A DNA stretch of 52,578 bases, the filler included, from Circinaria calcarea (Eukaryota): the NCBI GenBank assembly GCA_051942165.1. It is 3 parts of 3 records of this genome, joined end to end, with 100 filler letters (N's around TTAATTAATTAA, not from the genome) between each part and the next. Parts side by side here need not be neighbours in the genome. Positions count along the whole stretch, not along the records: positions 1 to 17,463 come from JAVECS010000268.1; positions 17,564 to 35,025 come from JAVECS010000269.1; 1 more part is not named here. One strand, written 5' to 3'. Below, piece by piece: positions 11,106 to 22,607 of the stretch. Below the pieces are notes generated by a model. That model had not been told where the DNA came from. It saw only the letters and a program-made list of their open reading frames with translations, and ran no database searches. The position numbers and the translations under genes were made by a program. Position 1 is the stretch's first letter. Each line of letters starts with the position of its first letter.

Positions 11106-11992
11106 ATATAAGGAATGATAGGCTTCGAGCTGACGGGAGGCTATAAATTTTTCTTTTGGTAATGGGACAAGGTGGCCCCCCCCCGGTCCATGTACCGGCA
11201 TGCTTCTACTCCGTAAATATGCAGTACGTGTCAGCCACTTCGGCAACCGGACAGCTGAAGGAGCCAGGAAAGATTTTATAGGTTGGCTGGTCAGGCCCAA
11301 TGTTACGGGCAACTGGCCTCTACGATTTGGACTCCGTATACTCCGGATGGAATACCAAGCGACTACCAAGTCACTAGTCGCCGGCCTAACGCCAGAAACA
11401 CCTCCACTCCAGCCAATCATATCGAGTAAGCCATGGAGAGATTACATGTAATATACGATTAGTGCGTGTTGTTTATTGCGGCCCGACATGCTTTTCAACG
11501 TCAACTCTTGCCATTGTACTTTGATTGCCGCGTGGGAAGGCAAACAACCGAACCCATCATCAGCAACTGCTACCGGACTCTATCCGGAAGTCTTCGCAGT
11601 TGAGGAAGGTATGCGCGGCGTAGGTTGATCGCTCTTTCTTGACTCGGAGCGTGAATGCATTTCGGTCAAGTGCTATCTCTTTGTCCGAGGGGACTTGCTT
11701 TGTCCAGAAAGGGTTTCGCGTATGTGGGGTATGTGAAGTTTCGTAGTCAGCTGTGATGTGTTGTTCTCCGGTGCGAGAGATGAGGTGATTTCCACTGGCT
11801 ATTTAGTCATCGAGCACCCTCCGAAAAACGTCCACCTGCCGGCCCCCATTCAAGCACGCAACTCGTATCAATAACGGGTCTTATACTCTTGGTGGTCCCG
11901 TTGTCTTAGAGCCTGCTTCAAAGAAACTGTCTTGAACTGAGGCCCTCGTGTACGGACAAGTCGGAAGGAGAGCTCCCATAGTCGGCGTCATC

Positions 11993-13284
11993 ATGGCTCC
12001 GTTCCTTCAAGAATTACCCAACGGGTCACTCTCAATCAATGTCAAGCCAAGCTTGCAATCACCTGATGTCGAGTCGACAAAGCCATCCTATCGACCAGGT
12101 CAAACTCACGTCGAAAGCCACGAAGCATATGAGCATGAGGATCTTCGTCCCTCTTTTCCGGACGTTCATTGGGCGCCTTTGCAGGAGGTGCCATACCACG
12201 ACAAAGGTCTCCAAGGCCATTCCGACTTCCGCAATCTACTGAAAGGCGCAACGGACGTGTTCGACTACAATCCAAGGATCGGGACAGAGGTACATGGTGT
12301 TAGTCTAGCCAAGCTGACAGATGCTCAGAGGGATGATCTTGCACTACTGATTGCTACTCGGGGTGTTGTGTTTTTCCGAAACCAGACCGATTTTGACATT
12401 GAGGCCCAGCGTAAGCTTGGTCAGTATTACGGGACGTTGCACAAGCATGCTACCACATCCGTACCACGAAAAGACGGGCTTGAAGATGTACATGTGGTCT
12501 GGGCAGATGAGAAGACCAAGGACCAGAGAGCCCTGTTCACACCCACGTTCTTGTGGCATTCAGACGTAAGAAGGCATGACCGTATGGCACTGACTACATT
12601 GAACTGAAGTTGTATAGGTGACATACGAGCTTCAGCCACCCTCCTATACATCCCTCAAGCTGCTTGCAGGTCCACCACGCGGAGCTGGGGGTGACACACT
12701 ATGGGCTTCACAATACGCCGCATACGATTCCATGTCGAGACAAATGCAGATATACCTGGAGAATCTTACGGCTCTGCATTCGGCAGAATTGCAAGCTGAA
12801 GGATCGCGAGCCCTCGGACGTCCTGTTCGCCGAAATCCAGTTGTTACGGAGCATCCTCTCGTTCGCACACATCCGGTCACGGGCTGGAAATCGCTGTTTT
12901 TCAGTCCTGGCTTCGTCACCAAAATAGTCGGGGTCCCAAAAACCGAGAGCGATACCATTATTCGATACCTGAACGAAGTAATCGCAACGACTCCTGAACT
13001 CCATGTCCGTTATCAGTGGCAGAAGAACGACGTTGCTTTCTGGGACAATCGTATCTGCGTAAGTACTATGCCAGCGGAGACATTGGAGATGCTGACTAGC
13101 ATAGAACCATTCCGCGTCCTATGGATTTGCCCCGCATCGTCGCCATGCTGTCCGTGTTGCTTGTCAAGCAGAGCGTCCTGTTTTTGATGCTTCGGGAAAG
13201 TCGCAGGAGGAGGACCTTTCTGCCCGTTACGGCCTGCCTAAGGTCAACAAAGACGGATCTCGTCAGTCTAACTACAACGACTGA
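11993..13284 (+). CDS. TauD/TfdA family Fe(II)/2-oxoglutarate dioxygenase (sulfonate dioxygenase-like); 3 exons
   Basis: IGTEVHG, RGVVFFRNQ, WHSD|VTYE (HxD across intron 12566-12617), GGDTLWAS, HPLVRTHPVTG, FWDNR..|NHSA (intron 13059-13104) and RHAVRV. Stop TGA at 13282-13284. Confidence 0.93.
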
Positions 13285-13851
13285 ATCAACTTCCTTGATA
13301 CGCTGCAAATCTAGCGTGGATGCTGGCCTCACATTGGAATTTGTGTTGGTGAAGGGGCTTTGGGTTTGCAAAAGCTACGATTTCATACATGTATCTTATG
13401 CGATTTAGCGAGCGTGTGCTGCTCTCATCAGGATACCTAGGTAGGTAATCTAGCTTACGATGTCTAAGCCAAAGCCATTGCAAGATGATCAAGTCCATCC
13501 ACAATTGCAATGATATGGTGTAGTACAGAAGAATGCCCGCACCCACCACGTCACCCAAGCCCAGAATATGGAGTGGAATCAATCCTAGCGAGTAAGGCGG
13601 TCAGTCTCATACTTTTACTCTTTGATATTGATTCAAATCATTACAAGCGTGAGCCGCACGTGGCCTTTTAAGAGAATACCGATGACTCTCCATTAACCGG
13701 TAGCAATTCGGCGAACCGGCAGCATATTGTGCCGATAACTTTGGCCCGCTAGTCTAGCCCTAACCGACGGACTGGGCAAGTGGCAAAGAGCAAAAACAAG
13801 CACGACCAGTGCTTGACTTATCTCTCCTATACGCCAGAAACAGGCCGAAGG

Positions 13852-16650
13852 ATGTCGCGGTCCGAGGAGGCTGTGGTAGAGCCTTCGATACTTGAATATG
13901 CGCGCTATCATGGTCTAGCCATTGACCATCGCGCAATCCATCCACTGCAATCCCTCACCCATACTCCGTCCCTGCCAGATGCCCAAGACTCACCTAAGCT
14001 ATTCGAGATTGATGTCAGCTGTGGTTCATTAGCACCTGAACGACTATCTGTGAGCAAAGAAGCTGCTTCGTTATTGTCGTCTATCAGAGAAACGCCATCA
14101 GGCGATTGCGAATTCGATGTTGGTGTATTAACAAACCCGCGTCGGGTTCGTAACCTCAAGATGGAACTACCACTCCTGCTTACCGACCCGGCGCTCGATC
14201 TACGAGACTTTCGAGAACAAGCGATCCTGGACCTTGCAGCGGAACATTTACCGCATGAGAAGGTCGATGAAGAATTGGACGAGGGGCTCACATGGCCTTT
14301 AAGATATGAAAATCTATATCGAAAATTTATTGAAGAGTCCGAGTCCGAGAAGCCTACTTACCCCAAGGAGGCACTCCTCTACTTACAAAACACGTTATCG
14401 TCACATCAGGGCCACGACGGATCCTGGAGTCTTGAAGATAGCCTCGAGTCATCAAGCAGGGTACAATAATAGTGCTGCACTCCTCGCAAACGCTTTGTGC
14501 TAATTCTGTCTCTAGAGAAAGATACTCGAACCTTTTACTCCTCCGCTATTGCCCATGTCTCCAGAGGTCCTACCTTTTGTACCGTCGTCTGATGTGGGCC
14601 ACTTCGAGCTCTTGTCAGATCGTACGAGTCCGACCCGTGAAGCGCTACATAAACTCGACGAACAAATCATGAGAGCAGATGTCATTCAGCCACGGAGTTT
14701 GAAACGTGAGGCTACCCCCTCAAGCCCAGACACTATGCCTCTAAATTACGAGGACATCGGAACACTGTTCAGTCCACTCAAGGGCCTGGGCCAGACACCC
14801 TCGCCTCCCGTACATAAGCGAGTAAGAGTCAATGATTATAAGGTAGATGGTCCTCTTACACCCCTCCTATCAGAGCAACCTCCGCCTTGGAAGCCGAAAT
14901 CGGTGTCATTCCAGGAGAATTTATGTGACATAATCCCAGATCTACCGCCACCAATGGGAAGTCCTGAAGCTATCTCGTCCAAGGATATTGACGACTTCTT
15001 TGCTGAAACAATTCAGCCTATAGCGGAACAAGTCGATCGTGGGATTGAGCAGGAACAGCTACAAGAAGCTGACGCTACCAAACGAGTCAAAGTACCAATT
15101 ATGGACTTCTCCCGGCCCATAGCTCCGTGGAATGCATACATTAACGATGGGAAGGATAACGCGGTTCAGAAAGAATCACTCGGCAACATAAAAACAAAGC
15201 ATTTCGGCAGTCACTCGTGGCCCATTTCCAGGAAGGCGGAACAAGCGCTGACATGGGTAGCTATCCCTGCGGAATTTGCCAGAGCCGCCGTTCACGAAGA
15301 GATAACAGAGACTAGCTTGCTTCAAGACTTCATAGCCAAACCGGACTGTCTGGAATGTAATACCTTGACTTGGAAAATGGATGGTCTCCGAGTATTAGAT
15401 GATACTGAATCTGACACTGAGACTCTTCAAGACCGTGATTTTTCGGATGCGACCAACTTCGAAAGCTTGGTTTGGAAAAGGACATTGGAGCTGCAGGACG
15501 GAGGTAAGGAGCCAACTGCACAATCCGCAACCCCCCAAAACAATCTGCTAAGATAACAGCCAAAAACCTCTTGCGTAGTGGCGAGGAGCCTCTTGAAGGA
15601 CCTTTCTCGGGCTTCGGTAGCATAGGGAGCTTCTTGAATATCAGGAATCAAGAATATAAGAAACGAAAGACCGCGGAAAGCCTACAGTTTTCTACATCTG
15701 TCGTACCAAAAGACAACACGACTTCTACTCTAATGTCCAAGTCTAAAGCTATCCCAGTTTCGGAACCGAAGCACCAGACTACCGGCCCTCGCCCTCCGAT
15801 TCCAACGCCAAGGATCACCGAGCCTCTTGAAGCACGACCGTTTGTGGTTTCTTCAACAATCCTAGCAAATATCAGGTCGTCCACCCGGCTCCGGCAACTT
15901 TATCCATCTGCTGAAATAATCGAACGAGACTTTTCCCGGCATGTTGGTGAAGTGGCATTGGATTCGAAAGCTAAAGCGGGAAATGTGCTCGGCGGAGATA
16001 TTGTTATGGCCCAGGAAGCTGACATTATCCTCTCGCCTGCAGTCGGTCTACTCTGGACGACATTGACAAAGGTTAAACAGAGATCCCTACCAGGACATAG
16101 TGTCAAGTCCCCTATTAAGGAGCGTATATCAAGATGTGCTCCACTATATGAGAACTTAGTTGTGTTAGTTGGTGAAGGGCTCACTGCAAACGAAGGCACT
16201 AAGTTAGATGGCAATATGTCTGGAGTTAACGGCGTAGACTGCGAAGCAACCCTGGAGCTCACTGGCTTCTGCTCAAGCCTGGAAGGAGTACAGGTAATAT
16301 TTGTCGGTGGCGGAGAGGAAGAAATACTTCAATGGACGGTTAGCCTTATGGTCAAGTATGGCGTTAACGCTGATGTCAAGCTCCTCCAAGATGAAACCTT
16401 GTGGGAGCTATTTTTACGAAGAGTCGGCATGAATGCCTTCGCGGCCCAGGTCATTCTGGCTGAGTTGAAGCCACCAGAACTGCCCTATGGTACCTGGACA
16501 AAGTGCGATCAGAGTTCAGGTGAGTTTGGACTAACAGCCTTTGTAAAGATGTCCTTGCACGAGAGAATTCAGAGGTTTGAACCCCTATTCGGTGGTACAC
16601 GATTGCTCTGCAGGATAAGCCGGGTGATCGATGCACATTGGCGAAGGTAG
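13852..16650 (+). CDS. Large protein with C-terminal XPF-like/HhH region, probable Zip2/SHOC1-type meiotic crossover factor; 3 exons
   Basis: ORFs joined in frame by GT-AG introns 14461-14515 and 15504-15559, both with a GCTAA branch site. The C-terminus has AEIIERDF, ADIILSP..LLWTTL and ETLWELFLRRVGMNAFAAQVIL, resembling the SHOC1/Zip2 XPF + HhH2 region. The gene model is solid; the family call is by motif recall. Confidence 0.65.
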
Positions 16651-17008
16651 AGGATTGTTGGGGAAGGGAGGTTCATGCTTCCTGCTGCGGTGAAATGTCT
16701 GCTTCATTGGAAACCTTTCTGCGAAGTTCTTGGCTACGGCTTTCATCATCTTATAGAACTTAGGCATGGCAATCTATTCATAGCTTTTCATATCAGTCTG
16801 CTCTTCTTCGTATAGAATCAAAACATCTTGACTCTGAAGCACCACCACTTCGAGACCTTAACTTGGTTTTCCCGAGAAATCCGCCTATACTTAGATCTCT
16901 CTAGAACCATTATAACAGATTCTGTGAACAGATGCCCATGTTCCCTGCCAAACTCGCTAGCAAACTGCCTTCTAATTAGCGGAACCCTAGCGACACTGGA
17001 GCCAAGCC

Positions 17009-17463
17009 ATGGACCAAGACGTTGCACCGTCACGGAACGAACCATATCTCGTCGGTACCACGACCGACATCCACAATGACACCATTGCAGCAAAACAAAG
17101 TGATGCGGTGTCTCAATCTCCCTCGAGCAGTGGGATCCCATCCTCCACGCCATTCAATGCAGGCAGTCATGTCGACCGAGTACAATCCAACTACTTCCAG
17201 AGCGCCCAATGGTCCGTCTCTCTCCTCTCCCTCCCTCATTTCCCCTAGGTTATCTGACTGTCCAATAGGTCTTCCGACGGAACAACCCTCCTCACCACAT
17301 CCGCCGACAACACCCTAAGGACATATATCCTGTACCTCTCCTTTCCTCCTCGCCCCGGGGCCCACCTTTCCCCACTATCTACCCCTAACTAACGTCTCTA
17401 CTAAGCTAGCCCTCCGGACCTCCTCTCTCCACCTTACCCTAAACCCCTCATCCCCTACCTGTC
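17009..17463 (+). CDS. SWT21: 5' part of WD40 protein Swt21/WRAP53 (TCAB1)-like, truncated by the contig end
   Basis: Spliced translation (introns 17212-17268 and ~17332-17409) gives NYFQSAQW|SSDGTTLLTTSADNTLRTYIL|PPDLL, the typical first WD repeat of this family. Confidence 0.7.
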
Positions 17464-17563
17464 NNNNNNNNNNNNNNNNNNNNNNNNNNNNNNNNNNNNN
17501 NNNNNNNTTAATTAATTAANNNNNNNNNNNNNNNNNNNNNNNNNNNNNNNNNNNNNNNNNNNN
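17464..17563. other. Artificial contig-joining linker (44 N + TTAATTAATTAA + 44 N)
   Basis: Exactly 100 bp. The 12-mer is palindromic and places stops in all six frames. It is identical to 35026-35125. Confidence 0.97.
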
Positions 17564-18568
17564 GGATCCTGCTCGTTTGGTTCCCAGAGTCCGCTCTCCT
17601 TGATCTCTAGCCATGTCATCTTGAGAAATAGCTCTCGAAGTTCTTCTTTCAGCTTGCTGCCATCTTGCACATACACGGCGTCCTTGCCACGCTTCGCAAC
17701 GACCCGTACCTCCCTTTGATCAATAAAACAACGGTATCTGGGCTTGTTCGTAATAAGTGCGTTATTTCTGGCAGCCTGTTCAGTGGTTTCTAAATGTCCA
17801 GGAACAGCCGTCAGAGTGCGCCGATCCGGATCGTCAGTTGCTCCCGGCAGGTTGGCATCGTTGGCCACGCACATTATCACCAAAGCACCAAAGCCACTCC
17901 CGTCTCGGATCTGAAGACGTTCATTCCAATCAGATGGTTGAGCAGCACGGGAGTTTTGGTATTCATGCGGAGAGATCATGAACTCGGTCGTTGGCGTAAT
18001 GAAATGAAGCTCCTTCCAGCCATCGGAATCAACTAGACTGCTAATTTCGTTACAAGTACCTATATCAACCCATGCAGAATTGACATTTTCATCGTGATAA
18101 CAGTCTTCAACCACCAACAGATCCAGCTGTAAGCCTGGGAACAGTGACAGTGTGACCGAGAAAGGGTGAGTTGTATAACGACGGACGTCTGCCGGAGCAG
18201 TGATTGGGAACGTAAAGGCATTGACACGAAGATACCGGATTTCCCCAATGAGGGCCGGGCTTAGGGTCGTCAGACAATCCAGCATAACCTCGGTGCTTCT
18301 GAAGTGGAGGGAGACATTCGAAGCCAAAAGGGGTAGCGCCTCATGATATATCTGGCGGCATGTGCGCAAAATGTTGGTATGGTTTGAGTCTGCTTTACCG
18401 AAGCCGTGACTGACAGTAACGGATTGAAAATGGCACTTGAATATCCAAAGGCGAAGTTCTGGAGGGAGGAAGAGGAGAGTATCTGGTGTCTATAACTCGT
18501 CAGGGCCAAGACTCTAGATCCTTGGAGGCCCAGAGGAAGTTGGAACAGATGAGACGTACGCCAGCCAT
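17564..18568 (-). CDS. Hypothetical protein with N-terminal F-box-like motif, 3'-truncated by the linker; 2 exons
   Basis: ATG GCT GGC|GTACGT...TAG (intron 18559-18490) gives MAG-TPDTLLFLPPELRLWIF...ILRTCRQIYHEA. The frame stays open into the Ns. Confidence 0.75.
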
Positions 18569-19196
18569 AGTTGATGAGTTCCGGCCAAAATTGTCCAGTT
18601 CTGAGTTTGGATCCCCTTCTGTTGCTTGGACTCTTATTTGCAGGATAACGTACAACTTGGGGAAAATACGCAAAGATGGAGTGGGAATGATTCGGGTAGA
18701 AGTTACACGGACCACATCCACAACAGCGAATTGAGGGGAATAACAGATCTGACTCACGCCCTAATGCAATGGCTGTTTGCCAATGGACTGGTACCCGCCT
18801 TACCGAGCAATGGGAAGTCCCACCACTAATCTGGACCATCTACATACCTCGCTCACGGGCCACGGGAAAAGCCGAGCCCGCAAGAGAGTACGACGGTTGA
18901 ACTCCGCAAGGACGATATTAGGAGGGATTACCAAGTAAGAGGAGCATTACGCAGCTCAAGGCCCGGATCCGTCGGCGATAGTAAATGCCGCATCCTACCG
19001 CCTAAGCAGGTATATCTCTCGTAGCATTCTTTTGCTGCAAAAAGCAAAACCGGTATTTAAGGTAATTAATTTTGATACAAAAGTCCGGCGGTCTTCCGCA
19101 TTTGACAATCGTCCATGATCTTATCTGATCCAAATCCCTTGGCAGCCACCCCCCGCCCACCCCGACTTCGGGGAAATTCCCGAAGCACGACAAAAA

Positions 19197-20449
19197 ATGT
19201 CCAGCACCATCTCATCATTCATTCGTCGTGGTGCCGCCTTCCTGACCCCCAGCGCCTCCACTTCCGACCTTACCGCTACCAAAGCGACATTCACCACTGC
19301 TCCCGAGGGCATCCTATTCCCGAAAGTCGATCCCGCCATTGACGGCGAGGATTGCGAGCGGGATTGTGAATCATGCACCATACGCTACCCACCGAAGTTC
19401 AGCATAGATGAGGAAGAACACTTATATGGGCAAATCAAAGGATGGGCGACGCACATGCTCGTTGCGACCGGGAAGACGGATTGGGTGAGAGATGTAGAAG
19501 ACGAGAAGGGAAGTGTGATGGAGGCGGTTAGGGAATGTGGGGTGAAGCCTAGCAATGGGGTATGCAGCAATGGTCATCTTCGGAGCCAGACTCTCTTTAA
19601 ACGTTGGCTCACACGCTGCAAAAGCGACTTATGCTCTCCGCCTCAAACATGCCTGTGCCCCACAACCACCCCGACTCCACGACCTCGGACCCTTCCACCC
19701 AACCAACCACAGTCCTCCTTCTGCCCTCCTTCACAATTATCGAGAACGTTACTCCAGCCTCCGTTCCCCAGCTAATAACCCAATACATTGATCGCTCCCC
19801 CACGACCACGACGCCCCTCTCGGCAGCCCCTATACCCGCTCAACCAGACTCTATACAACCGGCAGCCGTCCCAGAGCAAACCAATGGCGCTCTTACTATA
19901 GCCAGCACTTCTCCGCGATCTGATCCACCCACCCTTCCCCCTCCATTGCCAGCCGCCCAAACCTTCACAGTCAAGCCCTGCCCACACATTGCCCTCATCC
20001 TTCTATGCTCGCAGAAAACACGTGACGCTCGCTGCGGTAAGGGAAAATCTCGAAGGGGAAAAAAATCCTTCTGATAGTGAGGAATAGGTCAATCCGCCCC
20101 CCTCCTCCGCCGCGAACTCGAACGCCACCTTCGGTCCCTAGGTCTCTACCGCGACCTGCACGATTTCCGGCCCGGGGGCGTGGGGATCTATTTCATCAGC
20201 CACGTCGGCGGACACAAGTTCTCCGCGAACGTGATGGTTTACCGGAAAGCCGTGGTGGAAGATGATGGCGATCAGGGGAAGCCGTCGGGGAAAAAGGGGG
20301 AGGCGGGGCAGTGTATCTGGCTGGCGAGGGTGCGGCCGGAGGACTGTGAGGGGATTGTAAAGTTTACGGTGCTGCAGGGGAAGGTTGTGAAGCCGGAGAG
20401 GCAGTTGCGGGGAGGGTTTGATAGGGCAAGGGGGTTGGTGAGTTGGTAG
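19197..20449 (+). CDS. APD1: Thioredoxin-like [2Fe-2S] ferredoxin (sucrase/ferredoxin-like), Apd1-type; 3 exons
   Basis: CERDCESC N-terminal cysteines, HMLVATGKTDW, LLCSQKTRDARCG and the SHVGGHKF bis-His motif. Introns at ~19560-19624 and ~20037-20087. Confidence 0.85.
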
Positions 20450-20938
20450 GGGAGGATCGAGGTATAAGCTATTAGAACTGTCCGTCGTCGCTTTTGTTTC
20501 TTTTCCCCCAGAAGCCATAATCCGCTGGTTATGGAGCCTGTAGACGAGTATATTCGAAACCCGCTTGCATCGGCCATCTAGCGCTCAGGCATGTTATTTT
20601 CACGTGGATACGTGGTCTCCTAGGGCGTCAGTCAATTAGATTAGACAATAGGGAACTATTTTCAAGCCGAAAGGGAGCAACAGATCCATTGCTAAATGAT
20701 CAGATTAGATAGACGATATCAATAGAAGGTTAAAAGGATCATGCCAATAGAACGTTTAGAAAGTCCGTATCGCTATACGCTCCACCGCCTGAATGAGGCG
20801 TCTTGAGAAGGCTTCTCGAGAAGGAGTTCGCTGTCCATGATGCCTTTTTCCATGAGCAATCCTCCTGACCATTATCCAATCGCACCCCTCCAACGCCTCG
20901 CTGAATCGCTACAAAAGCCTAAAAAACCCACCCTGATG

Positions 20939-22282
20939 TCAGAGGCGTGCATCAGTACCATCAGGTACCGTGATAGCGTATGGCAAATCCAACGGCGCCC
21001 TAGCTTCCGCCAACCGGATGACGCTGCCGCCTGATTGTTGGGAGCTGCCCGATGTGGACGTTGTACGCACGTTGTGCAAGGAGTAGAAGGACGGCTCCCT
21101 TCTGGAGGACTGCGCGTTCGATCTGCGTGACAGGCGAGATCCGGTATCCCTTGACACATCCCTCTGCATTACGCGGGTGCGTGAGGGTGCTGTACGGACA
21201 GTGCCTTCGCTGCCTGCAAGGGATCCAGCGGAGACTTCTCTGTGTGGACGCGATAAGCCATCGAATTGCCCAATGTCTGGCATCGGGGTATGAAAGGGCG
21301 TATGCTCCACAGTCTCCGTGGTCGAGACACCGTCCTCGTCGATGTCACTTTCGGACAGCGCTTCGGCGTGAAGATCAGCGACGATGATAGGATCCAACTC
21401 TTTCATACCGCGTAGTATTTCCGCAAATACGTTCATGAGCTGTCTGAACTCGTGTTCGTCTAGAGCTTGGCCTGAGAACCTGGCCTTTTCGTATAGCTGA
21501 AGGAATTCCATGCCCAGGGATGGCGGATCAATTACGCCTATGGAGAAGAGATGAGTGAAGTAATCTCGAAGACCCATCATGGCCGGTCGTTGGAGCAGTT
21601 CGACCGCCAGCGCATCAGGCAATGGGGGTTGGGTCTCTTGGACATGTGAATTATCTGTAGCAGGCGGATGACTGGGCTCAGATGGCGCGAGAGATACGGC
21701 CTTTGCTTCGATAAGATGGGGAAGTTCGAGAATGACAGGCTCGTATTGGAGGTTTGGCAGGTCTGGTGAGGAAGGGGAAGACCAGCCGGGATGGGAAATG
21801 ATGCCCCAGGGTGGAATAACCTTGGCTTCAGTCTCATATTCAGCTGTCATCGGTCGTGGAGACGTTTTAGATCCGCGTTTCGCCCGTTTCGTCTCTGGAG
21901 ATACCGTGAAGGCGGAGTCCTGCCTCAGATCTCGTGGATGAGCCTCATATGCTATTCTGGCACTCCGTGCAAGACCCTCCAAAATCATCCGCCTCACGCT
22001 CTTACTCACGTCCCCAGTGTCGATTGGAATCCATGACTTTGGGATGCTGACGAGGTTGGTCCTATTGGTATAGAAACGGGTCGAGTAGATCAGAATTGCA
22101 ATGATGAAAGTCAGGAGGTAGACCCCGGCAATAACGAACACATTATATAGCTGGTCATTCCTGTAAGCCTGGAGAATAGCATCTCCCGGAGGAATGAGCA
22201 GAAGCGCGATGAGGATCAGACTGAGAATAGAGAAGGTGCTGCTGTAGAACAATTTAAAATACGGGACACGAGGGAAATGCAT
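20939..22282 (-). CDS. DLT1: Defect-at-low-temperature protein 1 (Dlt1)-like membrane protein
   Basis: Two N-terminal TM helices with PGDAI, then IYSTRFYTNR..IPKSWIPI, ISHPGWSSP and YEKARFSG. Intact 447-aa ORF. Confidence 0.75.
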   Translation of the reverse strand: MHFPRVPYFKLFYSSTFSILSLILIALLLIPPGDAILQAYRNDQLYNVFVIAGVYLLTFIIAILIYSTRFYTNRTNLVSIPKSWIPIDTGDVSKSVRRMILEGLARSARIAYEAHPRDLRQDSAFTVSPETKRAKRGSKTSPRPMTAEYETEAKVIPPWGIISHPGWSSPSSPDLPNLQYEPVILELPHLIEAKAVSLAPSEPSHPPATDNSHVQETQPPLPDALAVELLQRPAMMGLRDYFTHLFSIGVIDPPSLGMEFLQLYEKARFSGQALDEHEFRQLMNVFAEILRGMKELDPIIVADLHAEALSESDIDEDGVSTTETVEHTPFHTPMPDIGQFDGLSRPHREVSAGSLAGSEGTVRTAPSRTRVMQRDVSRDTGSRLSRRSNAQSSRREPSFYSLHNVRTTSTSGSSQQSGGSVIRLAEARAPLDLPYAITVPDGTDARL

Positions 22283-22446
22283 GGTGGTTTATGCTGCATT
22301 GTATTGCTCATTCCACTCCCAGCCCGACTCTCCCTGAATGACAATGGTTATAAGGATTGTGACATATCCATAGGATTGTATTCTCCTCAATTTATGCGGA
22401 GGATTATAACAAAGACTTGGGAGAATATGTACCTAAAGTTGACAAA

Positions 22447-22490
22447 CCAATCATGTAGGCTCAGTTTACATTTAAATTGGCTTAGCCAAT
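22447..22490. promoter_or_regulatory. Three CCAAT boxes (Hap/CBC sites) in the DLT1-QCR6 divergent promoter
   Basis: CCAAT at 22447-22451 and the inverted pair ATTGGCT-T-AGCCAAT at 22476-22490, about 120-160 bp upstream of the QCR6 ATG. Confidence 0.55.
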
Positions 22491-22607
22491 CACAATCACG
22501 CTCGATCTATCAATCCAACTTTATTTCCCGAACCACAGCTCCGCATCTACAACTCAATCGTTCTCAACCGGCCCTTATTCCCGCGTGTGCTAACGGATTC
22601 TCTCACG

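Noticed and set aside
11993..13284. TauD gene as part of a secondary-metabolite cluster
   Set aside because: No PKS, NRPS, terpene synthase, tailoring enzymes or cluster regulator nearby.
15480..15580. Apparent frameshift splitting the Zip2-like gene
   Set aside because: Resolved by a canonical 56-nt intron (15504-15559) that restores the frame.
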